Position numbers and translations under genes: made by a program. Below are positions 1 through 11,939 of a DNA stretch of 64,000 nucleotides, piece after piece. Numbering within the stretch: the stretch's first letter is position 1; the number at the start of each line of letters is the position of its first letter. This stretch comes from Octopus sinensis (lineage: Eukaryota), in contig NC_043006.1 in the NCBI RefSeq assembly GCF_006345805.1, positions 65,286,001 through 65,350,000 of the forward strand. Reading direction: 5' to 3'. The notes beneath the pieces were generated by a model. The model saw only the letters and a program-made list of their open reading frames with translations. It ran no database searches and was not told where the DNA came from.

Positions 1-42
1 GGGTCTGGGAAGCCAGAAGGCAGCACCAGGCCCAATCTGATC

Positions 43-333
43 TTTCCACAAAGAAATAACATTACCCTCAACGTAAGGAAAGTGAAACACAACGAAAAGA
101 TAGATTAATGCTGAACAATTGTTTCTTTATCAATCGATTGGACCGCATGGGTACTTGATGCTCGTGAGGGTCCAATAAATTGTATCGAAGACAAATGCTG
201 CTGATGACTTATAGATAAATATGTGAGTATAATTGCATATTATATTGATAAAGAAACAATTGTTCAGCATTAATCTATCTTTTCGTTGTTTCACTTTCCT
301 TACATTGAGGGTAATGTTATTTCTTTGTGGAAA
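43..333. repeat. Fold-back element: ~90-bp near-perfect inverted arms (43-134 / 244-333) around a ~110-bp spacer
   Basis: TTTCCACAAAGAAATAACATTACCCTCAA...GTTTCTTTATCAAT at 43-134 is the reverse complement of 244-333 apart from one substitution and a 2-nt indel. Confidence 0.9.
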
Positions 334-682
334 CAACTTCTGTGGCTATACCAGAATAAGGAGCTATTTTTAGTACTAGAGTTAACCACTTAACGGTAAC
401 TCTCTTATATTTATGTATAAATTTGTATTGTCTCCCTGGTTTTTATGTGCTAAGCCACTTGGTGTTAAACTGATGGTATTATTAAATTAATATCTAATTT
501 TTCACCCTTATTTATCAATTCTAATTTATATATATATATATTATATTTTGTGAAATTTGAATTAGTATTTCTAAAGGAAATTTTCCCCCTGTAAGTTTGG
601 AATTATATTCCTTAATATGTATATATATATGTATATACATACATACATACATACATATATATATATATATTATATATATATA

Positions 683-727
<45 letters not shown>

Positions 728-1072
728 ATATATGTATAGAGGGCATTAATACACATAAATGCCTCACACTAAGAGGGACAAAGTCATTACTACCAAAATT
801 ACAATATATCATACCTAAATGCAGTTCTTCAAAGCAAGACATTTAAAAATGAATTTAGTTCTGTATCACCGTGATTTCACATTTAACTTACGTCTTATGA
901 TCCTCAGCAGAACTGATTCTGAACACATCATAAATAAACCACCAACCTTACCTAGGGAAGACGAACAGACATCTATTCACTCCGGCCAAGCACATGGAAT
1001 GTTTATAAATCATATATTCGGTAAATGGCGGGCTTTTTTGAACTGCATGTCGGGTAGGAAAAGTATTTTGGA

Positions 1073-1133
1073 ATAAATTTAACAATTAAGGATAACTTCT
1101 TAATAAGAAGTTATCCTTAATTGTTAAATTTAT
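1073..1133. repeat. Perfect 61-nt palindrome (30-bp arms, 1-nt centre)
   Basis: ATAAATTTAACAATTAAGGATAACTTCTTA-A-TAAGAAGTTATCCTTAATTGTTAAATTTAT; lies just left of the LINE (CAT)n tail. Confidence 0.95.
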
Positions 1134-1299
1134 ATATATCATCATCATCATCATCATTTAGCGTCCGTTTTCCATGCTAGCATGGGTTGGACGGTTCAAC
1201 TGGGGTCTGGGGAGCCCGAAGGCTGCACCAGGCCAGTCAGATCTGGCAGTGTTTCTACGCTGGATGCCCTTCCTAACGCCAACCACTCCGAGAGTGTGT

Positions 1300-2860
1300 A
1301 GTGGGTGATTTTATGTGCCACCGACACAGGTGCCAGACGAGGCTGGCGAACGGCCACCTCGGATGGTGTTTTTATGTGCCACCGACACAGGTGCCAGACG
1401 AGGCTGGCAGACGGCCACGCTCGGATGTGTTTTTATGTGCCAAACCGACACAGGTGCCAGATGAGGCTGGCAGGTGCCAGACGAGGCTGGCAGAACGGCC
1501 ACGCTCGGATGGTGTTTTTATGCCACCAGACCGACACAGGTGCCAGATGAGGCTGGCGGACGGCCACGATCGGATGGTGTTGTTACGTCCCCAAAGCACG
1601 GAGGCCAGTCTATGCGGTACTGGCTACGGCCACGTTCGGATGATTTTCTTGTGTGCCACCGCACTGGTACCACAAAGATACAAATTCCATTTATGCTCAT
1701 CTATTTTGATTTGTTTTGATTTGATTTGATTTTCACTTGCCTCAACAGGTCTTCACAAGTGTCACTTGCCTCAACAGGTCTTCACAAGTGTCACAAGAAG
1801 GAAGGTATGCACAGGTGGACTGTCTACGTCGCCGGGTCTTCGGATGGTGTCTTTATGTGCCACCGACACAGGTGCCAGATGTGGCTGGCGAACGGCCACG
1901 ATCGGATGGTTTTCTTGTGTGCCACCGGTACTGGAACCACAAAGATACAAATTCCATTGATGTTCATCTATTTTGATTTGGTTTGATTTGATTTGATTTT
2001 CACTTGCCTCAACAGGTCTTCACAAGTGTCACGCGTGTCACACACTTGCCTCAACAGTCTCCACAAGTGTCACACACTTGCCTCTGCCTCAACAGTCTTC
2101 ACAAAGTGTCACACACTTGCCTCTGCCTCAACAGGTCTTCACAAGTGTCATAAGAGGGAAGGTATGCACAGTGGACTGACTACGTCGCCGTCGCCGGGTC
2201 TTTGGATGGTGTTTTTATGTGCCACCGACACAGGTGCCAGGTGAGGCTGGCGAACGGCCACGATCAGATGGTGTTTGTTGTGCCCACAGCACGGAGGCCA
2301 GTCGATGCGGTACCAGCTACGGCCACTTCGGATGGTTTTCTTGTGTGCCACCGTACTGGAACCACAAAGATACAAATTCCATTGATATTCATCTATTTTG
2401 ATTTGTTTTGATTTTCACTTGCCTCAACGGTCTTCACAAGTGTCACACACTTGCCTCAACAGGTCTTCACAAGTGTCATAAGAGGGAAGGTATGCACAGG
2501 TGGACTGACTACGTCGCCGGGTCTTCGGATGGTTCTTTATGTGCCACCGGCACAGGTGCCAGATGAGGCTGGCGAACGGCCACGATCGGATGGTGTTTGT
2601 TGTGCCCACAGCACGGAGGCCAGTCGATGCGGTACTGGTTACGGCCACGTTTGGGTGGTTTTCTTGTGTGCCACCGGCACTGGCACCACAAACAATACAA
2701 TTCCACTGATGTTCATCTATTTTGATTTGTTTTGATTTGATTTGATTTTCACTTGCCTCAACAGGTCTTCATAAGTGTCACGAGAAGGAAGGTATGCACA
2801 GGACTGACTACGTCCCAGGTCGGGGCCACGGGTTATGGCCTGACTAGTCTTGCCGGGTCT
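1300..2860 (-). repeat. Tandemly amplified LINE 3' UTR: four irregular higher-order units (267-425 bp) built on a ~60-bp subrepeat
   Basis: Marker (G/A)(T/C)TCATCTATTTTGATTTG at ~1695, 1962, 2387 and 2711; subrepeat GTGCCACCGACACAGGTGCCAGATGAGGCTGGC... recurs throughout. Confidence 0.9.
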
Positions 2861-5800
2861 TCTCATGCACAGCATACTTCCATAGGTCTCGGTCTCTAGA
2901 CATTTCCTTAGTGAGACCTAAAGTTCGAAGGTCGTGCTTCACCACCTCGTCCCAGGTTTTCCTGGGTCTACCTCTTCCACAGGTTCCCTCCACTGCTAGG
3001 GTGTAGCACTTTTGCACACAACTATCTTCAGCCTTTCTTGTCACATGACCATACCAGCGCAGCCGTCTCTCTTGCACGCCACAACTGACGCTTCTTAGGT
3101 TCAGCTTTTCTCTCAAGGAACTTACACTCTGACGATTATGAACACTGACTTACAACACATCCATCGGAGCATACTGGCTTCATTTCTTGCGAGCTTACGC
3201 ATATCCTCAGCAGTCACGGCCCATGTTTCACTACCATGTAGCATGGCTGTACGTACACATGCATCATACAGTCTGCCTTTTACTCTGAGCGAGAGGCCTT
3301 TTGTCACCAGCAGGGGTAGAGCTCTCTAAAAACTTTGCCCAGGCTATTCTTACTCTAGCAGTACACTTTCAGCACACCCACCCCCGCTACTGACTTGGTC
3401 TCCTAGGTAGCGGAAGCTATCAACTACTTCTAGTTTGTCTCCCTGGAACGTGGCAGAAGTTGGTCTCTGCATATTTCCAGTGTTTATTGCTCTGAGCATT
3501 TGCCACAGACAAAAACTATTTTCTAGTTAGCCTTCCTTTGACATTGCTGCACCTCTTATGTGTCCATAGCTTACACTTGGTGCATCTTATAGAGTTTCTA
3601 CCTACACACTTTTTTACAGATCGAGCAGGGCCATCTACCTGAAGGCGTTTGTGATTGATCTACCTTCCTACTTATTAGAACTTTGGTTTTGGCTAGGTTG
3701 ATTCTAAGGCCCTTCGATTCTAATCCTTGTTTCCACACCTGGAACTTCTCCTCCAGTTCTGATAGTGACTCAGCAATTAGAGCAAGGTCATCAGCATAGA
3801 GGAGCTCCCAGGGGCAACCTGTCTTGAATTCCTCCGTTATTGCCTGGAGGACTATGATAAATAGGAGGGGACTGAGGACTGAACCTTGGTGGACCCCAAC
3901 CTCTACCCGGAATTCTTCACTGTACTCGTTGCCCACCCTCACCTTACTAGCAGCGTCTCTGTACATGGCTTGCACAGCTCTCACCAACCATTCTTCTATC
4001 CCTAGTTTCCTCATTGACCACCAGATAAGGGACCGGGGGACCCTGTCAAAGGCTTTCTCCAAGTCAACAAAAGCCAGGTACAAGGGCTTATCTTTGGCTA
4101 GGTATTTCTCCTGCAGCTGTCTTACCAGGAATATAGCATCAGTAGTACTTTTCCCTGGCACGAACCCAAACTGCATATCATCTAGGTAACTCTCTCTCTA
4201 ATTAGTTCGGCTACAACCCTCTCCGTAACCTTCATTACCTGATCCAGCAGCTTGATGCCCCTGTAGTTATTTGTCTCTAGGGCGTCGCCTTTACCTTTGT
4301 AGCAGTTGACTATTATGCTGCTACACACCAGTCATTGGGTATGACCCCCTTGTGTGTATCACCTGGTTAACTATACGGGTGACTAAGCTATAGCCGACAC
4401 CACCAGATATTTTGAGCATCTCTGCAGTAATTCCTGATGGGCCTGGGGCTTTCCCTGTTTTCATTCATGCTTCTAATTGCCTATCTACTACTAAGGAACT
4501 GTTAACTCGGATTGCTGGTCCCTCTGTTGGGTCGACATTCGGCAGACTCTCTTTATCCCATTCATTTTCTTCATTCAGCAACCTATCATAGTGGCGTCTC
4601 CAAGTCTCTCTCTTTGCACCCTCATTAAGTGCAAGTGAACCGTCCTCCTTGCGAACACATTTCTCTCCTACCACGTCACGATTCTCTCTCACACACTGTC
4701 TTGCAACACGAAATACCTCAAGTCTTTCATCCTCACGACGCAGGACATTGGCAAATTTTTCCTTCTCTGCTCTTCCCTCTGGCTAGATAGACCTGTCTCC
4801 TGGCTTCCCTTCTGGCAGACTGATACACTTCCCTGCTACCACCACCGTTCTTCCAGGCCTTCCAAGCCTGTTTCTTTTGTCTAATAGCCCTGTCAACAAT
4901 TTGTTCCACCACCACGTTATTTTGGGTCTTAAGGGGACTTTGCACCAGCCACAGATCTGGTCAGCGGCTTTCAGCAGGTTGTCCCTCAGAAGCGTCCAGT
5001 TGTCTTCTACCCCATGCGTAGCTATACTCCCTTCCATTTCGTCTAAAGCTTCAAATAACATATCTCTAAATCTCTGTCCATTCGCAGGGTCTTTAAGCTT
5101 CCAGACCCTTCTTCTCCATGTTGGTCGTCTTCTAGTCGCCCTCTTAGTCCTGATCCTAAAGTCACTAACTACCAGTCTATGTTGTGGGGTGCTTTCTTCA
5201 CTTGGGAAGGTTTTGGCATTTATAAGCAGCCATCTTTCCCTTTTTCTGGCAAGGATTTAGTCGATTTGGCTAGTATGCCGGCCCGATCGGTAGGTGACCA
5301 GGTGGCTTGTCGGTTTCCTGAAGTTAGTGTTGCAAATCATAAGACTATTCGCATCGCAGAACTCCAGCAGCCTGGTTCCCTCCTCGTTGCGGGAACCATA
5401 ACCGTAGCCTCCATGCACGCCATGGAAGCCCCCAGCACGTCGTCCAACATGCCAATGAAGTCACCAGCCACAAAGAGAAGGTCCCTGTCGTTCGTCAATG
5501 ATGTGGTCTGCAGTAGGGTGTCATAGAACAGTCTTTCTGTCCATCAGGTAGCCCTGGCTGAGGGGCATAGGCCGATATAATAGTTGCTAAACTATGGTGG
5601 AGCACTAATCTAATCTTAATTATTCTGTCACTTACTCTGACTACCTCGATTACCTTATCTACCCATTTTTCGGCGATAAGCATGCCCACACCCCCGACTC
5701 CGTCAGTATTCCCAGCCCAGAAAATCTTGTACCTCTCTGTCCTTTGCCTGTGAGGAACCTAGCAGAACCTCCTCTCCACCTCACTTCTTGAATGCAGCAT

Positions 5801-5976
5801 ATATCAACCCACCTCCGTTCAAGCAATTCAACTATCTCGCCAGATCTGCCTTTCAGTGTGCCGACGTTGAGGGTGCCAACCCTGAGGCTGTGGGTGGGGG
5901 TGGAAGTGGTATTGGTCCTAATAGCGTCATGTACCTGAAAAGAAAACTCGCGTTGGCAGTATTCATAGACAAACAA
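2844..5976 (-). pseudogene. Frameshifted single-ORF APE-RT polyprotein of the RTE LINE
   Basis: Collinear ORF pieces: LRVGTLNVGTLKGRSGE...DICCIQEVRW (APE), IISAYAPQ, QFGFVPGKSTTDAIF, AFVDLEKAFDRVP, VGVHQGSVLSPLLF, LYADDL, MLHGSETW, RRLRWYGHV, GRGRPRKTW; broken by several indels. Confidence 0.93.
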
Positions 5977-6309
5977 TGGAACTTAAGTTCAAACCTCGTA
6001 TACAACACTAAACATATCTTGCAATGACTGAACACTACCTTTTATGGAGGAGGTGGGGGTGGCGTAAGACTTTGAGTGTATAAGGGAGACAAGGATGAGA
6101 AAAATTTAGGACTTCCTGTACCGGTGGTGGGGGTGGGAGGGCGGGTGCACCGCGAAAACCGGGCTAGTAGCTATAATAAATACCTAAATTTTGCCTAACC
6201 TATGGGAGAAGCGTGGACGATAAGGAGCTATAAATTATAAATACATTTATTCTATATACATATATTCTATATATATATATTATATATATATATATATATT
6301 ATATATATA

Positions 6310-6742
6310 TGGCCTGCTCGCTTAGCTAGCGGGGTAGCGTCATTTGAAGGCTAAAAACAATGCGAAGCGCATTGTGACCAGCGATGTGTAGCAACATTTG
6401 ATAGCCTGGTCGGTCACGGTGATATATATATATATATGTAAATATATACATATATATAATATATATGTAATACATACACACACATATATATATGTATGTA
6501 TGTATGTATATATATATATATAATATATATATATATATATTTGTGTGTCTGTGTTTGTTCCTCCACATCGCTCGACAACCGATGTTGGTGTGTTTATGTC
6601 CCCGTAACTTAGTGGTTCAGCAAGAGACCAATAGAATAAGTACTAGGCTTACAAAGAATAAATCCTGGGGGTCGATTTGTTCGACTAAAGGCAGTACTCC
6701 AGCATGGCCACAGTCAAATGACTGAAACAAATGAAAGAATAA
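6310..6742 (+). mobile_element. SINE body with an atypical (non tRNA-like) head, interrupted by (TA)n/(TG)n
   Basis: Body 6541-6742 (TGTGTTTGT...AATAAGTACTAGGCTTACAAAGAATAA...CCAGCATGGCCACAGTCAAATGACTGAAACAA) matches many copies in the window; head 6310-6422 differs from the usual one. Confidence 0.75.
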
Positions 6743-6831
6743 ACATCCTTTACAGCTGTTTCAATTAAGACAGACACTCAGAAAATTAATTAAATTAGAA
6801 ATTATATATATATATATATATATAGTTAAAT

Positions 6832-7372
6832 CAAACAAGAAAGCACAAAAAAACACAACAATGCGAGGACGTGGAACAAATATAGTATTATTGGACGCTC
6901 AGGAAAGAAGGAGGGTTTAACGTTTCGCGCGGAGCTCTTCGTCGGAAACATAGGAGAAGGAAAGATCCAGAGAAAGGAAGACAGAGGAAAAAAAAAATCG
7001 CCAATGGTACACATGAGGTCACATTTTGAGGTGTAAGTGGTGGCGACACAAGTGGAAAATTGGAAGTAGAAGAAGAACGGTAAAAAAGGAAGAGGAAAAA
7101 GTGGAAGAGTCATGGACAAATCTTTTTGATTTCCAATCACGATTTCAGTGACGTACTCCGGAAGAATGGTAACAGTAATCCGTAGGTGTAAAAATGGAAT
7201 TGGTATCCAAGGCACTTGGAGGGCCGGGGTCCGTGTGAGTGTGCGGTATATAAAGTTAATCCAAACAAGAAAGCACAAAAAAACACAACAACGTGAGGGC
7301 GTGGAACAAATATAGTATTATTGGATGCTCAGGAAAGAAGGAGGGTTTAACGTTTCGAGCAGAGCTCTTCAT
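6832..7372 (-). mobile_element. Penelope-like/retrozyme-like non-autonomous element with ~95-bp direct repeats 430 nt apart
   Basis: AAACAAGAAAGCACAAAAAAACACAACAA...GGAGGGTTTAACGTTTCG at ~6832-6927 and ~7262-7357; each repeat ends in a hammerhead-like motif on the minus strand. Confidence 0.65.
6915..6949 (-). ncRNA. Minimal type I hammerhead-ribozyme-like motif (decayed)
   Basis: Minus strand reads GTTT-CCGACGA-A-GAGC-TCC-GCGC-GAAAC-GTT-AAAC: stem I GTTT/AAAC, core CUGANGA with U4->C, stem II with one mismatch, GAAAC/GUH. Confidence 0.6.
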
Positions 7373-8929
7373 ATACACACACATGCACACACAGAAATCT
7401 ACTTTCCCAATACGTATCTATAAATTTTGCACATTCAAGTATGAGTGTGATTTACCTTCAAACACACATGCACACATCCACAAATGCTCTTTTTTCCCAA
7501 TATGTCAATATGGACCGCTTTGTGCATGTAAGCATGTAATTTGCTTAAATATACATGCATAGAATATTCATGTTATAGAGAATGTAGGATCTTAAATGAA
7601 ACAGAATTTCAAATATCACTGACAATAACAACAAAAGCAATAACAAAACCTACAATAAATCACACACACACACAAGTAACAGCTGTTCTATGTAAACTTA
7701 CTGTTTCTCCCTCCCTCTCTTCCTGTATTGTTACTACAGCACCCCCCTCCTTTCCAAATAATCATAGACACAAGTGTAATGGTGTCTTTACATAGATCTG
7801 TATTTATTTGAACGCAATTGATTGCTTTGTGTAGTTTATGTCTCATTTACATTGACACTAATTGACATTATATTTTTTTAAAATGCTTTAAAACATTTAA
7901 AGTGGGAGCCTCTACATAGTCATCCAAACTACTAGAAATAACAGCAAGACATCACTCAGATCACACCCTGTTGCCTTGGTAAAGAAGGTTGACAATGTAG
8001 TCTCTGACAAAGAAATGAGAGTATGGTCATGGACAGTGGAGGAAAATTGTTGATGGTCTATGCTCTATAAAGAGTAAAAGGCTTACTTTCAACTTACTAA
8101 ACCATAGTATATTACTGGTACTTACCAGGCACATGCCATTTATGTAGTAAAACACACAAAAAATAAGCGAAACACAGGCAAACAACTGAGTTGGAGGTAG
8201 ATTTACTTCTGCCTTTATAGCATGTAGAGAAAACGTTGTTGTAGGAATGTACGCAGCATGTGTACTACAGCAGTTCAATGCATAGTTTTAATACTGAGAT
8301 TGAAAGGCAGGGGCGAATTATGCCTACCTAATCTACAGAAAAATAAAGCATTTTACATTTTATGCATAATAATCAGAGTAACCTTCATAATTTTATTGAA
8401 TTAGGTGCATATTTTGCCAAAAAATGAAAATGTTGCTATTGATCTATTTTATTTAGGGTAGGCACTGCCTACCTTGTCTCCCCAGGCAGCACGCCTCTGG
8501 TACTTACTTTATCTTAATTTGAGAAGGAATAATGAAAATAGTCATTGCGTTAAATAGTATTAATAAAAGCAGCAGCAGCAGGGTGAAGGTGCATGACTTA
8601 GAAGTTAGGGTGTTTGGCCCATGATTGTAAGGTTGTAAGTTCAATACCCAGGGGTGCATTGTATCTTTGAGCAAGATGCTTTTTTTCATGCTGTGGACTG
8701 GAGCTTTATATACAGCACCAGCACAGGTGCTTTTATATAGATATATGCATTTATTTGTATTTTGTGTCAACAGATGTGTTATCTCTATTGTTATGTTCTA
8801 TAAATATTTAGCTCTGAAATTGAGTCATTGAATTGCTAGGAATTTTATTGATACAATGTGTGTGTGTGTGTGTGTGTGTATTTATACACACGTATATATG
8901 TTTGTGTGTATGTATTTATACAAATGTAC

Positions 8930-9090
8930 ACTCTCGGAGTGGTTGGCGTTAGGAAGGGCATCCAGCTGTAGAAACACTGCCAGATCTGACTGGCCTGGTG
9001 CAGCCTTCGGGCTTGCCAGACCCCAGTTGAACCGTCCAACCCATGCTAGCATGGAAAGCGGACATTAAACGATGATGATGATGATGATGA
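8930..9090 (+). mobile_element. RTE LINE 3'-tail fragment (same young subfamily as 1140-1300), (GAT)n tail
   Basis: Reverse complement closely matches 1140-1290. Confidence 0.85.
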
Positions 9091-10124
9091 TATATGTGTA
9101 TGTTTGTCTTTATATTGACACTGCTACAAAAGAATACACATGCCCAGACAATTATATTTTTTCTTTTTTTCTTTTGCAGAATATTGGAAATGAATGACAT
9201 TTATTTATAACAACCATGTAATGTCAAGACAAGGAGAAACATGCACACACACACACACACACACACACAGACATATGCACACATGATAGACTTTTTTCAG
9301 TTTCTGTCTACCACATCTACTGACAAGGCTCTGGTCAGCTTGTGGCTATAGGAGAAAACATTTGTCTATACATATTCATTAATCATCATCATGTTTTTCC
9401 TGTGCCACCAGCACATGTGCCAGTAAGGCGATGCTGGAAATGATCATGCTCGAATGGTGATTTTTATGTGCCACTGGCATGGGAGCCAATCTGTGGCCCT
9501 GGCAACAATCACACTCAGATGTGTTTTTAACGTTCCACTGGCATGAGTGCCAATCAGGCAGTAGTGCCAAATCTTCTTCTAAACCATGAGCACAATGCCA
9601 ATGAGGATCAGCAATTGGAGACTATGAATAATGTGATACAGTCACATGATATATCATATCACTTAGTCTCCACTTTGTGGTTCTTATTTGTATAATAAAT
9701 TAGAAAGATAACAATGAAAATATATCAAATGTTAGCTTTTTAATGTTCTAATATATCACATTATTCCACTTGATATGGCTGTATAAGTTTCAAGTGTAAT
9801 CTATACTACATTTTCATAAATGTTAGTGTTTGTATAGTTTTACATGTGGCTTGTGAAAATTTTGTGATGTCACGTTGTTTGTTTGTAAAATTTGTTATGA
9901 GAGTAGAAGAAAATATGGATATTTGTGCAGAGATGAAAATAATAAAGATAACACAAGGAGACTGCACCTTACCAAAGAAACTCAAGTGGCATCGAAGTTG
10001 TTGACACAGGAAATATTTTCTGCTTGGTTTATTATGAGTAAAAAGAACTCAAAGGATTCTGCAAATTATGTATTTGTGATATATGGAAGTTTTACCATGT
10101 ACATGCTTTGTCATGGTATAAAAG

Positions 10125-10330
10125 AAGGGTTACAGCAAATATTCTGCTCAATACCACAGATTTGCTTGTCAGTTGTTTGACCTTAATCGGTTGAGCATGT
10201 CCCTTAATGGCTGACGATATGTGCATCTCTGATCACGAGCAGGAGTAGTGGAGGAGCATCAATGCCATGTATTGAGAGGAATTCTGTGGGGTCTGAATAA
10301 TTAATCTCTAGAGACATGGGTGCTTTGTTC
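10125..10330 (+). mobile_element. Dispersed SINE-like repeat (second diverged copy at ~23060-23180)
   Basis: AATACCACAGATTTG.TT.TCAGTTGTTT.ACCTTAA...GGCTGAC.ATATG.GCATCTCT.ATCAC.AGCAG shared by both loci; family not assigned. Confidence 0.6.
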
Positions 10331-10771
10331 AACATCCTTAAACAAATCTTATTCAGAGACCTTTTGAGTGAGATGGATTACTTGACGTAAAGAAAATTCT
10401 AACTGGGCACCCACCTGCAAGGTCATGCGCTGTTTATTTTGATATGAGGTTACCATGTTGCTCACATATAAAGGTGATGGATATGCCTAATGTACCCTTA
10501 TAATACGGGTATCATGATGGATATATTGGACTTCATATATTTGTACCCAATGTCACTTTTAATGGCACATACAGTTCTCTCATTCAATAATAATAATAAT
10601 CTTCATCATCATTGTCGTCCGATTTCCATGTTGGTGTGGGTTGGACAGTTTGACTGAAGGCTGGCAAGCCAGAAGGCTGCACCAGGCTCCAATCTGATCT
10701 GGCAAGGTTTCTACAACTGGATACTCCTCCTCCTCCTCATCATCATCATGAACAACAACAACAACAAGTTT

Positions 10772-10980
10772 CAAAAGATAGTGCTCATGGGAACTGCCCA
10801 TATCCTACATAAAATACTGTCTATGTAATCTCAAATTTTAAAACAAACACATAATTTTCTTATGGTTTCTTAAACATTCTCTAGAACAACACTATGTATA
10901 AAACCAAATACATGACACCCTAGGCATAACACCAACACAAACTTCTAACTTCTCTCTTGAGGGCTCTGGGTGAAAACAGA
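10772..10980 (+). mobile_element. 3' end of an R4/Dong-like (restriction-like endonuclease) non-LTR element
   Basis: Translates QKIVLMGTAHILHKILSM*, resembling the C-terminal QK..L.GTA.ILR motif of this group; short 3' UTR followed by (GAT)/(TAA) repeats. Confidence 0.5.
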
Positions 10981-11939
10981 AGTCAAACATATGATGATGA
11001 TGATAATAATAATAATGCCACTGCTGCCACCACAATCACAACTACCATAATCATCATTATTATAATATTTACTTTTTAATACATGCAAGGTCATATGAAA
11101 TTCATTGAAGTGGATTTTCTACAGCCAGATGATTTTCCTGTTGCCAACTCTTGCCTGCTTTTCCAGTAAGCTAATATTTCCACAAATTGTTCAAACAAGA
11201 ATGACAGTTTCAGCAAGAATATTTACATGGAAGATTGCAAACAAACACCACTTGGATGACAGTGACATTCATTTACAATTAGAATGCAATGTCAAAACTA
11301 CAACACACACACACACACAATGGCTCCTCTCTCAGGTTCCATATGCCAAATTCACTTACAATGTTTTACTCAATCTAGGGCTATAGTAAAAGACACTTGT
11401 CCAAGGTGCAATGCAGTGGGACTGAACCCTGAGACAGCGTGTTTCTTGTGAAGTAAACTTCTTAACCACACATCCATGCCTACATCTCATTATCATTTAA
11501 TGGCCCTTTTCCATGTGGTATGGGTTGGATGGTTCAAGAGGAGCTGACATGGCAGAGAGGTTACAACAAGCGTCAATGTCTGCTTTGGAATGGTTTCTGC
11601 AGTTTGGTTGCCCTCCCTAATTCCAACTACCTTACAAAGTGTACTTCGTGGATTTTTGTGGCACCAGAGAGGTCAGCAAATACTCACAAGGCCCATTAAA
11701 TGAATGGGATATAGTGTTGAAGGAAATGAAAGTATGACAGAGGGACAGGAAGAGTTGAAAACATGGCTTCCCCAGCAAGAAAGTGGAAAGAGAGAGAGAT
11801 AGTGAGGGAATATCCTGATGGTGTAAAATGAATACAAGAGAAAATAGGGATAAAGAAATAGAAAGGGTAGGTGTGTAGGTCTGTGCACTGCAGTATGAAA
11901 AAAGAGTGTTGCACCAATAACACTTAAAAACAACATCAT

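Larger units (their letters stand above)
1140..6175 (-). mobile_element. Near full-length RTE-clade non-LTR retrotransposon (LINE)
   Basis: Sense order: GC-richer 5' UTR (~6175-5980), APE, RT, C-terminal domain ending at stop 2844, repeat-expanded 3' UTR, (GAT)n tail at 1140-1157. 5' boundary approximate; no clear target-site duplication found. Confidence 0.93.

Noticed and set aside
3824-5526. Plus-strand ORFs of 115-127 aa within the LINE (also 59717-60619 in the CR1/L2 element)
   Set aside because: Antisense shadows of the RT coding frame.
8027-8278. Perfect minus-strand donor CTG|GTAAGT at ~8125 with upstream open frames
   Set aside because: No convincing acceptor or recognisable peptide; such hexamers are expected by chance in 64 kb.
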